64,000 nucleotides of DNA from a virus (IMGVR_UViG_3300021979_000001:66948-130947), one strand, 5' to 3'. Shown: positions 38,247 to 48,828, counted from the stretch's first letter. The notes: a model not told the origin generated them from the sequence alone. Numbers and translations: made by a program.

Positions 38247-39304
38247 AACTGGAATGCACCGCCGTTTATGATCACACTGTTGTTAGTGACACTAACTTTG
38301 TATACCGTGTCTTTGATCATGCCGGGAAACAAATTGGCGAATGTGTGGATAAGACCAACCGCGAACGAACCGTCACTCTTAATGGCACAAAGTTTGTTTT
38401 TGGCCTGGGTCATATGCTGACATTTTCGGCAGTTGAGACCGTCAATCTATTGATATTGACCGAAAAAATCTGTCTTGGTTATGACATAGCCATCTATACT
38501 CGGCTTGATCACTCGACATTGCAGGTGTATAATAGCCATAATCAAATTATTGCCACGATTTCATTAATAAAGGAAAATAATAAGACCTGTATTCAAATTG
38601 CCGGGGTATATGATTATGCCAAACTAACCTATTGTATAGATGATATTTTGGCTATCGATTTGGCATATCTTATCGAAATGTTGTATCGCGCACATATGTC
38701 AATAATTGTTAATGATCCGTCAAACTGTTTTATAAACATTGATTTTGGAGAATATACAAAGCGATTTAATTTAGATTCCATAATAACTGAACATACTTAT
38801 ATTATGAGTTTGACCACACATTCAAAATTAAATGGATTTATTCCAAAATATGTTGTGTATTACAAACACGATGATACCACATTCAATATTTTATTTGATG
38901 GGAAACACGCGTATAATTTCATCATTAATCATTTAACGATACATGCTAGACCGTTTACCGCAAAATATATAACAAACTTAGCTAAAGATTATTCTAATTA
39001 TAAAATTTATAGTATTTCATCAACACTGTATTATGAAATAAAAGATTCATTACCACCAGTTGAAATTATATATGATATAAAATATGTCATTGATTCATAT
39101 AATGATCGTAATAATTTCAATCATTATATTGCCACGTATCAAACTTTAAAATCGTTTATTGGTATTTTTTTTGATACTGCTGGTAATATCGCGTTTCGAG
39201 ATACAATATTTATTAGTGATAATATGTTGATATATACATTTTTCAAAGTATCAAATTTTAAGGATACCCAGTTCAAAATGTATGATTTATTAATCAGCAT
39301 TTGA
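38243..39304 (+). CDS. Array protein, divergent
   Basis: 353 aa; VYRVFDHAGKQIGEC motif; ATGA overlap with the previous gene. Confidence 0.65.
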   Translation: MKLECTAVYDHTVVSDTNFVYRVFDHAGKQIGECVDKTNRERTVTLNGTKFVFGLGHMLTFSAVETVNLLILTEKICLGYDIAIYTRLDHSTLQVYNSHNQIIATISLIKENNKTCIQIAGVYDYAKLTYCIDDILAIDLAYLIEMLYRAHMSIIVNDPSNCFINIDFGEYTKRFNLDSIITEHTYIMSLTTHSKLNGFIPKYVVYYKHDDTTFNILFDGKHAYNFIINHLTIHARPFTAKYITNLAKDYSNYKIYSISSTLYYEIKDSLPPVEIIYDIKYVIDSYNDRNNFNHYIATYQTLKSFIGIFFDTAGNIAFRDTIFISDNMLIYTFFKVSNFKDTQFKMYDLLISI

Positions 39305-39338
39305 GTCGTTTGTATAAAACATCCAGGAAGAAATTATT

Positions 39339-40511
39339 ATGTCACTACCTAATGGTCGTAAAAATAAAATCTGGATTGGGGCTAATTCCTATTATCATAT
39401 TGTGTTGTGTGACAATTCTAAAAATTATTTTTACATATATAACAGCGATAAAACTGAAATTGGTTTTTGTCGTTATGATGAAAATACACATCATTTTGAA
39501 TTTAAAATAGATCATCCTGATTATTACAATATTAATATTTCAGTGATTGATGATTCTGCTGCGCCACAAAAAATAAACTCGACATTTACCATTTCTGGCG
39601 TTATATCTCAATTTCTTAATATTTTAGACGTTATTACTACAAACAATAACCAAGATGAAACTATGTATCTATCGGTTATTTCACCAAAATCAACATTGGC
39701 ACATATTATTATAAATCATAAAACATATAATCATAAGACGAAACATCTTAAAACATTTATGACAAGTCATGCGGAACTTGGGTATAATATTAGTAATATT
39801 GCCAAATATTGTTTTCACAATATATCGACTTTTGGTAAAAACCGGTCTTATAAAAAATCATTTACCGAATGCAATGAACACATAACAACATATTATAATA
39901 AAACCACATGTTTCATGTATACCTTAAACGGTAAAGAATTTATTCATTCCAGCCTACAAGAAAGCATGCATGCTATATCACAGGTAAGCGATTATTTACC
40001 GAATAATTTCGTCATAGAAAAACGTTTAGTCGTAAACAACAAACTGATTAAAGTATATACCTTACAAACGGTATTGTTATATATTTTTAAAATGTTACTT
40101 ACTAACATTATTTCGGATATTAGCATCAACATTAAACGAAGTAATAAAGATTTTAATTATAACATATGGGGTTCATATTTTGAAACCATATCAAAAGACA
40201 TTACAAATTTCATATATAATAATATAACTGAAATGTCCATTAATGGATGTATTTGTGTAATCTATAATAACACGGATGATATAAAAATGTGTCATGATAG
40301 TATAGCACAGACAATACCAAATCACATCGTATCACCGTATTCCGACGAACATTTGTATCTCGAATCATTGGATCATAGCATCATGCTAAAATTATTAAAT
40401 ATTGAAACCCCCATCGTTTATAAGATGCATACGATATATTCCAAGTTATCAGCACATGTGTTAATGAGGCAATTATTTTCAACCATGGATATTCGTCATA
40501 ATCCGTTATAA
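39339..40511 (+). CDS. Array family A paralog 1
   Basis: IGFCRYDENTHHFEFKIDH..NISVID; VISPKSTLAHIII. Confidence 0.75.
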   Translation: MSLPNGRKNKIWIGANSYYHIVLCDNSKNYFYIYNSDKTEIGFCRYDENTHHFEFKIDHPDYYNINISVIDDSAAPQKINSTFTISGVISQFLNILDVITTNNNQDETMYLSVISPKSTLAHIIINHKTYNHKTKHLKTFMTSHAELGYNISNIAKYCFHNISTFGKNRSYKKSFTECNEHITTYYNKTTCFMYTLNGKEFIHSSLQESMHAISQVSDYLPNNFVIEKRLVVNNKLIKVYTLQTVLLYIFKMLLTNIISDISINIKRSNKDFNYNIWGSYFETISKDITNFIYNNITEMSINGCICVIYNNTDDIKMCHDSIAQTIPNHIVSPYSDEHLYLESLDHSIMLKLLNIETPIVYKMHTIYSKLSAHVLMRQLFSTMDIRHNPL

Positions 40512-40533
40512 TAATTAACCAGGAATAACAGAC

Positions 40534-41715
40534 ATGTATACCTTTTCCGAACTGACAACCATGATTGATGCGATTTTACATTATGGCGTTATTGTCAACA
40601 AAACCATATATAAATCAGAAACCCATGAAATTGCCATAACCACTAATGATGCCAGAACCGAGTTTACTTTTAATAAATACGATATTAAAACCAAAACCAC
40701 AAAACCCCTGCTTTTTCTATCGTATATAAAATACCCAAATGATAAAGTATATTATACGATTATATATCAAAATATTCATTATAATCTCACATTCATTTCT
40801 AAAGAACATAATTATCGTAGTGATCTATACTACATACTTAGCAACAGTATGCTGTTTTTTGTTATTGATGAATGTTGGGAAGAATTACAAAATCATAAAA
40901 TCAAACTTTATTTTGATAATAATGGTAGCGTATTATATTTCTATAGACAGGAAAATGGCACAAAAGATAAAACATATATTATGAAATTACAAATAATAAA
41001 TGATGTTTTATATTCATTACCAGTATTAAATGCAATGGGCACAAAGACTATACCAGAAAAAAGTTTTAATAATCCCGTGAGATTGATTAGTAATCTGTTA
41101 TCACGAATTAAAACATATACTCGTTACATGATGTGTGATGCCTATGGCAACACCATGAAAAGACACGAATCCGCTAGCTTGATTACCCTTATGCGGAAAT
41201 TTAAGAAACATAATTCTGTATATCGTATAATAAATGAGAACTTATCGGTTTCAAAAGTGGAAATTGGATTAGGCGTTAATAAACCATTTCTTTCAAATAA
41301 CCAATTAGTTGATAAATTCAGAAAAACAATTATTTCTGATAATTTAACCAAACTAATTGCACCATATCGACCTAGAATCGGAAAATACATAGTTGACAAT
41401 ATTTCGTCCATTGGTTTATCTGATTCGATATGTGTAGCACGAAACCAAACGAGATTTTCATTTTCCAACCAAGAATATAATAACTTTGTCCAACAACTTG
41501 ATAATGAAAATATAAAAGTGATCGATAGTTATAACGGTGTCATATTTACCCATATTTCATCATATGAACATGAAATATTTCTACAACTAATATCCGATGT
41601 CTCACTTAAAAAAAACAACATTGCTGACATAATGTCTACTAATGATATAAAACCTCTATTATGTAAGGATATGTTATCAGAAGAAATCAACAATTATTTG
41701 AAACTCGAAGTGTGA
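40534..41715 (+). CDS. Array family B paralog 1
   Basis: LLSRIKTYTRY; LSVSKVEIGL; IGKY; DMLSEEINNYL. Confidence 0.75.
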   Translation: MYTFSELTTMIDAILHYGVIVNKTIYKSETHEIAITTNDARTEFTFNKYDIKTKTTKPLLFLSYIKYPNDKVYYTIIYQNIHYNLTFISKEHNYRSDLYYILSNSMLFFVIDECWEELQNHKIKLYFDNNGSVLYFYRQENGTKDKTYIMKLQIINDVLYSLPVLNAMGTKTIPEKSFNNPVRLISNLLSRIKTYTRYMMCDAYGNTMKRHESASLITLMRKFKKHNSVYRIINENLSVSKVEIGLGVNKPFLSNNQLVDKFRKTIISDNLTKLIAPYRPRIGKYIVDNISSIGLSDSICVARNQTRFSFSNQEYNNFVQQLDNENIKVIDSYNGVIFTHISSYEHEIFLQLISDVSLKKNNIADIMSTNDIKPLLCKDMLSEEINNYLKLEV

Positions 41716-41742
41716 TTATAAAACTGTCAGTGGTATGATGTT

Positions 41743-42900
41743 ATGAGCAAGAACATGTTATTATTTTACCCGGTTCAAGTGACCCCAAATTCATACGACA
41801 TTTACGCACATCCCGCAATAAAGATCGGGATATGTCGTTTTGATCCGAACACAAAACATTTTGAATTTAAGACAGATCATCCATTCTTTCTTAATCTTGA
41901 TATTTCTATAATCGATAATAAAGTTGATCTTGAATTATATTCTCTACAAGATTCAATATATGATTATATTGCCATATATAGTGCGTTAGAACTTCATCGT
42001 CATCCACAAGGAAAAAATAAGTATATCTATGTTCTATCTCCTAAATCCACATTACTGAATATAATAATCAATGTTAAAACATACAATTATAATACAAAAC
42101 GTTTTAATACATTTATGAAAATATACACCGAGTTCGAACTTGTATCTATACATCCTATTAAACGAAAATATAAGTATTACACTAGTGGGATATATATCAG
42201 TGGGTTATTAGACTATGTATGCCACGATACATTTTATGAATGTAACACTTATGTTTCCAATTATTTTAATGATAGCACGTATTTTTCATATACAAATAAC
42301 CATCAGGACTATGAAACGCAGCATAAATCCTTGTATGGTGCGATTCAACATATTGGGATTGATAACCCTGACAATATAGTAAATGTAACCATTGTTAAAA
42401 AAAGAACATCTAATAATAAACCGGTTAAAACAGTTTCACCGAACGTGTGTTTAAAAGAATATGTTCACATGCAAATCGCAAACGTGATTTCAATGGTGAT
42501 TGAAGACGAAAATAATACAACAAATATTAAAATCATAGGTGACAATTATAATAAGTATAATCATTACACCTTAATATATAATAAGTATGGTATGTCTAAT
42601 TTTAAGGCAGGAATGGCAGATTTAGTATATGATAATATTAATAATATATCACCCAATGGATTTGTATGTCATCTCAATTTTAACGACGCTGATATAACCG
42701 CATCTGAAATCGTTGAAAATATAATAATTTTACCGCATTTAAATATCGTGATCACAGAATCATATGAAGAAATAATTTTACTGAAACTATGTGGTGTGAC
42801 TGTTGTATGGGCATGTCCTGTATCTACTATTTTTGAACATGTAAAAACCACTTCCGTAATGCATGATTACCTGATAAACTACACAAAATTCGCGAATTAG
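41743..42900 (+). CDS. Array family A paralog 2
   Basis: IGICRFDPNTKHFEFKTDH..DISIID; VLSPKSTLLNIII. Confidence 0.75.
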   Translation: MSKNMLLFYPVQVTPNSYDIYAHPAIKIGICRFDPNTKHFEFKTDHPFFLNLDISIIDNKVDLELYSLQDSIYDYIAIYSALELHRHPQGKNKYIYVLSPKSTLLNIIINVKTYNYNTKRFNTFMKIYTEFELVSIHPIKRKYKYYTSGIYISGLLDYVCHDTFYECNTYVSNYFNDSTYFSYTNNHQDYETQHKSLYGAIQHIGIDNPDNIVNVTIVKKRTSNNKPVKTVSPNVCLKEYVHMQIANVISMVIEDENNTTNIKIIGDNYNKYNHYTLIYNKYGMSNFKAGMADLVYDNINNISPNGFVCHLNFNDADITASEIVENIIILPHLNIVITESYEEIILLKLCGVTVVWACPVSTIFEHVKTTSVMHDYLINYTKFAN

Positions 42901-42924
42901 ATTAACATATACCGAGAACCACCA

Positions 42925-44139
42925 ATGATCACTCAATATGAGTCTATCAAACTAAGTGATCGTCTCATTGCGGCATGCGGCGACACATCTATCAGTCCCG
43001 CACGTGATTCGGTAAACATCGTCTTGCATGATGGTAACAAAAATTCTTTGTATTTTGTTACCACTGAAAATAACAAACAATACTCCATCATTAATGTTAA
43101 TAAAAAAACAAATATAGAAACCGTCATTATACATGGACGAGATTATTCTGATTGTTACCTGGGTAAAGAAATAACCATTACCTGTGATTATGCCCAATCA
43201 ACGAATTATACATCAACCTGGTGTAACCATAACTTTATCGTTCTTTTGGTTAATGTGTATTTCATATGGGATAAATTGGTTAAACATAATGTTCATATGA
43301 AACTTATTGCCAGTAATACCATTAGTTTTTATCAGATCGATCAACATACCAACAAGGAAATGATCATATTAACGGTTCAATCGGGAAATTATGGTCATAA
43401 AATAAAAGAAACGGTATCACCAATATCACTCCGCACATTACTGGATAATCAGAAATCACTTGCACATGAAGTGCTGTTAATTCTTCTATCGCGGATTAAA
43501 ACGTATACCCAGTTCTACATCTGTGATGCCAGTAAGGATTGTGACAATATCTATACTAAACAACACATCAACATATCAGGTATGATTAGGGATATACATA
43601 AACAATATCCAACAAATACCTTGAATATTATCAAAAATAAAAACCTAGTCGTTAAAAAGAACGAAGTCGGTTTGAATGTTACAACTGATTATATGACAAC
43701 AAATAAATTGATCAATCTATACCGTTCAATAATTATACCCGATTTAATAAATAAACATCTTCAATATTCATCGACTATAAACAATTCGATTTTCATAGGT
43801 AAATATGTGTATCGGAATTTATCCAATTTTCATATTGATGATTTGATTTGTAAGATCGAGGATCATGATCTGCTAAATTATGATAATCCTCAATATACCG
43901 ATTCAATTAATATGATTCGTTCCGAAGGTATTACTATAATAACAATATGCAATAATGTTATTTGTGTTCGGGTTCCGTCACAAAAACTTTGGATGTGGTT
44001 ACAACTGTTAACCAGTAATAATATTATTAAAACTAATATTACCACATTGCTATCTACTCCCCCGATAAAATATTTGTTGAACAAAAATATGGTATCACCA
44101 GAAATCAATGAATATTTGCAATTGGATCAGGAACCTTGA
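42925..44139 (+). CDS. Array family B paralog 2
   Basis: LLSRIKTYTQF; LVVKKNEVGL; IGKY; NMVSPEINEYL. Confidence 0.75.
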   Translation: MITQYESIKLSDRLIAACGDTSISPARDSVNIVLHDGNKNSLYFVTTENNKQYSIINVNKKTNIETVIIHGRDYSDCYLGKEITITCDYAQSTNYTSTWCNHNFIVLLVNVYFIWDKLVKHNVHMKLIASNTISFYQIDQHTNKEMIILTVQSGNYGHKIKETVSPISLRTLLDNQKSLAHEVLLILLSRIKTYTQFYICDASKDCDNIYTKQHINISGMIRDIHKQYPTNTLNIIKNKNLVVKKNEVGLNVTTDYMTTNKLINLYRSIIIPDLINKHLQYSSTINNSIFIGKYVYRNLSNFHIDDLICKIEDHDLLNYDNPQYTDSINMIRSEGITIITICNNVICVRVPSQKLWMWLQLLTSNNIIKTNITTLLSTPPIKYLLNKNMVSPEINEYLQLDQEP

Positions 44140-44360
44140 ACATCGACGCCACTGCCCATAATTTGGTGCTGTGGGCGCGTGTCCGAAGTGCAACGCCATG
44201 GTGATAGCCATAACCAGGAACGAGTGGTCTATGGCCGTTAAATGCAATATATCTAACCACAACGATCCCATCTGAAAACACAGAAACAGTTGACAATGGA
44301 TTAAAAATAATCAAACCTATGTTGCCCCTGCAATCGAAAATTTGTAATTAGGTCCACCCC

Positions 44361-45575
44361 ATGCCCAATGATCTTTTAGAATATACACACGGTCTTCCAA
44401 TTTCAGTTAATGATTTGGTATGGGAGACACATAATAATAATAATTATTATTATTTAGAACTTGCACGCAACACGTATGTTATTTATGGCGATAACAAACA
44501 ACCAATCGGGGTATGTAATTTTGATATTAACACCGGTAAATTCAATTTTAAAATTGATCACAGTGATTATTTGAATATTGATATTTCTATTGTTGATACC
44601 GAAATTGCAAAAACCCCGGATTTTTCAATGGCACACATCATTGGATCATTTATAAGCATCTATCGGGAAATAAACAACAACGAGTCACCAAGATCGTATA
44701 ATACGTTTTTTTATATAATTTCAAAAGAATCGTCGTTGTCTCATATTATTGTTGAGGCAAAAACTTTTAACTTTGACACAAAACGTTTAACAACGTTTAT
44801 GAAAACGCATGCGGTCATTGATTATTTTAATGAATCCACACCACACTATGTATTTTATAATACCGCAACGCACGGCAAAAACAAATCTAATCACAAATCA
44901 TTTTCTAAGTGTGATAGTCATACCACTACCTATTTTTGGCGAAACTATTATTATGTTTATTCATTAGATGAACATAATAATCGTTATTTTAAAACATTAA
45001 AAGATGCGATTGATAGTATTGCAACGACGTGTTTAAAAGCGGATGACAGTTTGAAAATCAAACAAGTCACTGTAGCAAATAACTTTGTTACTAAAGTCTA
45101 TCACAACAAAAACATTATTCACAAGTTGATTCGATCATATATACGAAATGATATGCCTAATATTACAAACTGCATAGTTTATTTCAATAAATGTGATCAA
45201 TACAAAACACATTATGGGCAAAGTTCGGGCCAATACACCCGTGATGGACATGTTAATGACTATGATGAACATTTGAATGACTATGCTCATTTTGTAGCAA
45301 AATATATTAATGTTTTTACCCCTGGTGGTTTTGTTTGTTATATTGATTATGATTTACAAACCTTGGATATAACGAAACTCGTAAATGGAACCATTATCAA
45401 TCCAGAACAGAAATCGTTTGCTTTTGTTCCTTCTTACGAAGATATTGTTCTGCTTCAATTAACCGATGTTAAAATCATGAACCAGTGTCCAGTATCGGTC
45501 TTTTTCGACAAATTAACGGATAATCCGATGATCAATGATTATCTATCTAATAATTCACGTTATTTCAAACCGTAA
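44361..45575 (+). CDS. Array family A paralog 3
   Basis: IGVCNFDINTGKFNFKIDH..DISIVD; IISKESSLSHIIV. Confidence 0.75.
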   Translation: MPNDLLEYTHGLPISVNDLVWETHNNNNYYYLELARNTYVIYGDNKQPIGVCNFDINTGKFNFKIDHSDYLNIDISIVDTEIAKTPDFSMAHIIGSFISIYREINNNESPRSYNTFFYIISKESSLSHIIVEAKTFNFDTKRLTTFMKTHAVIDYFNESTPHYVFYNTATHGKNKSNHKSFSKCDSHTTTYFWRNYYYVYSLDEHNNRYFKTLKDAIDSIATTCLKADDSLKIKQVTVANNFVTKVYHNKNIIHKLIRSYIRNDMPNITNCIVYFNKCDQYKTHYGQSSGQYTRDGHVNDYDEHLNDYAHFVAKYINVFTPGGFVCYIDYDLQTLDITKLVNGTIINPEQKSFAFVPSYEDIVLLQLTDVKIMNQCPVSVFFDKLTDNPMINDYLSNNSRYFKP

Positions 45576-45578
45576 AGA

Positions 45579-46793
45579 TTGCTAGGTTCACCAATGTTAT
45601 CCAAAGACGATATTGTTAAAATTAATAATTTTTATTATATTCACTGCGATTTTCTATACGCAGATGATAAAAATCATATGGTGCGTGATCGGGCATTGTT
45701 TGAAACCAAGGCATACTGCATTCGGGCAAAATCATCATCCGAAACCAAACAAATGACGGTTTATCGCGTTGACAAAAAAACAAATGAAGTAACTGTTATC
45801 TTAACTGTGCTTGGTAAAGCAACCAATAATGGCAAACCAATAATCACCCTTTATTGTGACTTTAATAATTCCGAGAAAATTACAATTCCGTTTTTTAATA
45901 CCACCTTATTTACGTTAATGATTGGTGTTTACGTTATTTGGCCTAAACTCCAACGCGCTCGCGTCAATATGCGATTTTCAAAAAATGTTATTATTTTTTA
46001 TCGTTTGAATAAAAAAAATAACACAGAACATCATATCAAGAAAATAGTAGTTGAAAACTGTGATGCGTATACCTCTCTTTCGTGTGTATCCGCACTAGGT
46101 CATGTCCGCAACGATGACGATTTTAGTGGTAATATTACCCATATTCTAACCAATTTACTTACACGCATTAAATCATTCACCAAATATTATATTGCTGACC
46201 CGTATTCAAACGATATTCCTAAAAAACATAAAAATACATTAAACATTATTCGGTTGCTACACAATAATCATCACAATCACGCGCTGTCATTTATTGAGAA
46301 CAGGCAGTTGACGGTAAAAAAGGTTGAGATTGGGTTAGATGAAACGACAGATCATTTATCGACCGATGAATTAATTGCAGCATATCGGTCACAAATTTTA
46401 GCAGACAGTATCACACAGTTGATTGCACCACACTATCATGCAATCGGAAAATATGTGCTAAAAAATTTGAAATCGTTGGGTGCCCATGATTTGATATGTT
46501 GTTCTGTTGACCATATATTGCTTGATTATAACAATCCCGATTATGACGATATAATTAATCGCCTGGACGACCAAGGGATTACCGTCATTACAGACTATTC
46601 CGGTGCAATTTACACACATGTTCCAACTAACATGCAAAAAATATTTTTACAAATTCTAACCAACGCATTGCCGAATTGCACAAATATTGCCGAAATATTA
46701 TCCAATAACCAATGCATATCATGTCTTTTGACGGATGATATGTTGTCAGATGAAATGAAGCAATATATCGATACCAACATTCACCATAAATAA
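45579..46793 (+). CDS. Array family B paralog 3
   Basis: LLTRIKSFTKY; LTVKKVEIGL; IGKY; DMLSDEMKQYI. Confidence 0.75.
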   Translation: MLGSPMLSKDDIVKINNFYYIHCDFLYADDKNHMVRDRALFETKAYCIRAKSSSETKQMTVYRVDKKTNEVTVILTVLGKATNNGKPIITLYCDFNNSEKITIPFFNTTLFTLMIGVYVIWPKLQRARVNMRFSKNVIIFYRLNKKNNTEHHIKKIVVENCDAYTSLSCVSALGHVRNDDDFSGNITHILTNLLTRIKSFTKYYIADPYSNDIPKKHKNTLNIIRLLHNNHHNHALSFIENRQLTVKKVEIGLDETTDHLSTDELIAAYRSQILADSITQLIAPHYHAIGKYVLKNLKSLGAHDLICCSVDHILLDYNNPDYDDIINRLDDQGITVITDYSGAIYTHVPTNMQKIFLQILTNALPNCTNIAEILSNNQCISCLLTDDMLSDEMKQYIDTNIHHK

Positions 46794-46969
46794 TCGTCGC
46801 TAGGGCGGTTATTTTGCCCGTGTGATGCGTTCTAGCAAATTTAGGTAGGTTGGTGTGGGTCACATATTTACCGACGTGGTATGGCCCTAAAAATGGGCAA
46901 TAAAAATAAAACACTTGAATATAATTATTTCCATGTTATTAATTAATCAGCAGATTAGGGAATATTAAC

Positions 46970-47290
46970 ATGAAAACTTTACGCGACTGGATGATGGACG
47001 AATATTTTGATAGCCATCAGTTCGACAAAAAATATGTCCGGTTGAATAAGATGCTGGATATTCCAATTGTCAAAGACAGCGATGAATTGTCAGTTGGTGA
47101 TCATATGATCTGGCCGGAGTTCAAAGAAAAGAACATCCAGTCTTGGGTGGAACTTGAAAACGGGTGGTGTGTCGCATTCAACGAGAATGTCTCTCGGGGA
47201 TGGTCTTTTCCCTTTAAAAAACTTCCATTGTCGCCTCGGATCAAAAAAGTCCAGACAAACAAAACTGATTATGAATTTCAGTTAATTTGA
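46970..47290 (+). CDS. Hypothetical phage protein
   Basis: 106 aa, WVELENGWCVAFNENVSRGWSFP; SD AGGG. Confidence 0.7.
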   Translation: MKTLRDWMMDEYFDSHQFDKKYVRLNKMLDIPIVKDSDELSVGDHMIWPEFKEKNIQSWVELENGWCVAFNENVSRGWSFPFKKLPLSPRIKKVQTNKTDYEFQLI

Positions 47291-47306
47291 TTTTAAAAAC
47301 CGGAAT

Positions 47307-47894
47307 TTATTGTCGGTTTTTATCATATTCCATAAGTGTTTTGATTGCATCTTTCCCTTCTTTTGTCAATTTTCTCTTTCCGATTCCTGCCCAAATATCA
47401 GTGGGTTTCGGAACATCAATGACCCTGGTCCATCCACTCTGCCATTGATACCATTGGTTCGTTATCATATCAAATAGCCATAGCGGCAAATCATTATTGG
47501 CCCCATGAATGTCAATAAACATTTGGGTTGCCCATGCAGTTCCACCTTCAACGTTGCCATTTATAAGATTAGATACCGCATAAACCGCAGTTGAATCTTT
47601 AACCTGATACCAGTTTCTCTGTAAGAGTTGTTTGGTATATTTCGACATTGGTGGATAATTACGTTTTAGCGTGGCATTTGCTCGGATCAATGCGTTATCT
47701 GCCAAATCAAGTTGACTATCACTTAATACTACAATGTCATCGTCGGGAACGTTTGTTTTTTGACTTTGGAATACCCAATGAATGACTTTATGCCCTGCCA
47801 AACCCGCAGTCATTCCCCAAACTGAATCCGCCCCATCAGCACCACCACTAAGACATATAGACACTGATAATTTATTATCATCGATTATTTTCAT
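47307..47894 (-). CDS. SLOG-superfamily (DprA/YspA-like) protein
   Basis: LSGGADGAD, RNWYQV..STAVYA, GGTAWA, WAGIGKR. Confidence 0.65.
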   Translation of the reverse strand: MKIIDDNKLSVSICLSGGADGADSVWGMTAGLAGHKVIHWVFQSQKTNVPDDDIVVLSDSQLDLADNALIRANATLKRNYPPMSKYTKQLLQRNWYQVKDSTAVYAVSNLINGNVEGGTAWATQMFIDIHGANNDLPLWLFDMITNQWYQWQSGWTRVIDVPKPTDIWAGIGKRKLTKEGKDAIKTLMEYDKNRQ

Positions 47895-48138
47895 TATCCA
47901 CCACTTTCATTTGATCACCAAAATGCATAAATAATATGGTCATATTTGCCACATCATTAATACCAATATGGATATAGTGTTCATGTATACCACGCAATTT
48001 GGTGCTTAATATTTTATAGTTACTTTTGTGGATGTTATTGTCACTAATCACCTTTTTTATTTGTTTAATCGTTCCCGTTCGAGTCATGCCACTCAAAACA
48101 GAAAAACACAACAAATAGTCATAATCACGCAGTCGCAT
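47878..48138 (-). CDS. Hypothetical protein
   Basis: 86-aa ORF overlapping neighbours in operon style. Confidence 0.5.
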   Translation of the reverse strand: MRLRDYDYLLCFSVLSGMTRTGTIKQIKKVISDNNIHKSNYKILSTKLRGIHEHYIHIGINDVANMTILFMHFGDQMKVVDNENNR

Positions 48139-48763
48139 CGATAATTTTCTTTCTGATTTCAGATTTCAATTTATCAAAATCTTGAGATTGATTTTCAATG
48201 ACCAAATCAACTGGCGACGAAAGCCAGGACCATTGGCTATCGTGGATTTCACATTTTTTAAAATACTCGATAGCATTAATGTCCCCGGATGCCGCAGCTA
48301 TACCAACATCTTCCCACGATGGAACGTTCGGTCCGATAATTTTTGCAATTTTCGAACCCATTTTATTAACCATTTCAATTTCATTTGGGTATCTTGCATC
48401 CACGATAACAATTTTTGCATCCACCGGCAAGATCGATAATCGACGTTCAACCGCATAAATCCAGATATTAGGGTTAAAATATTGGCGCATAACATCCGTG
48501 CCAATAATTTCCAGTGACTTTAACGGACAGAAATTTGGAATACCAAGTTTTTGCGCCCACCAGTAATCAATTTTCTCTCGTTGTTCTCTATGCTCTTTTG
48601 TGCGACCATCAATCATCACCCGGTCATAACCAAAAATACTGCATGATACGTCTTTCAATGCATCAGCAAAACTAAATGGCGAATAACCATGATATTTTTC
48701 AAGGATACTAGCGGTTATCGTTTTTCCACTACCATGATAACCAACTAACGTTATGATTTTCAT
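48125..48763 (-). CDS. Deoxynucleoside monophosphate kinase (T4 gp1-like)
   Basis: LVGYHGSGKIT, SFADALK, IGTDVMR, DARYPNE; start set at MKIITL. Confidence 0.9.
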   Translation of the reverse strand: MKIITLVGYHGSGKTITASILEKYHGYSPFSFADALKDVSCSIFGYDRVMIDGRTKEHREQREKIDYWWAQKLGIPNFCPLKSLEIIGTDVMRQYFNPNIWIYAVERRLSILPVDAKIVIVDARYPNEIEMVNKMGSKIAKIIGPNVPSWEDVGIAAASGDINAIEYFKKCEIHDSQWSWLSSPVDLVIENQSQDFDKLKSEIRKKIIDATA

Positions 48764-48828
48764 AAAAAAAGTTCCCATATAATTTATATGGGAACTATAT
48801 AATATTGTTGTGCTTTCACACAATATTT

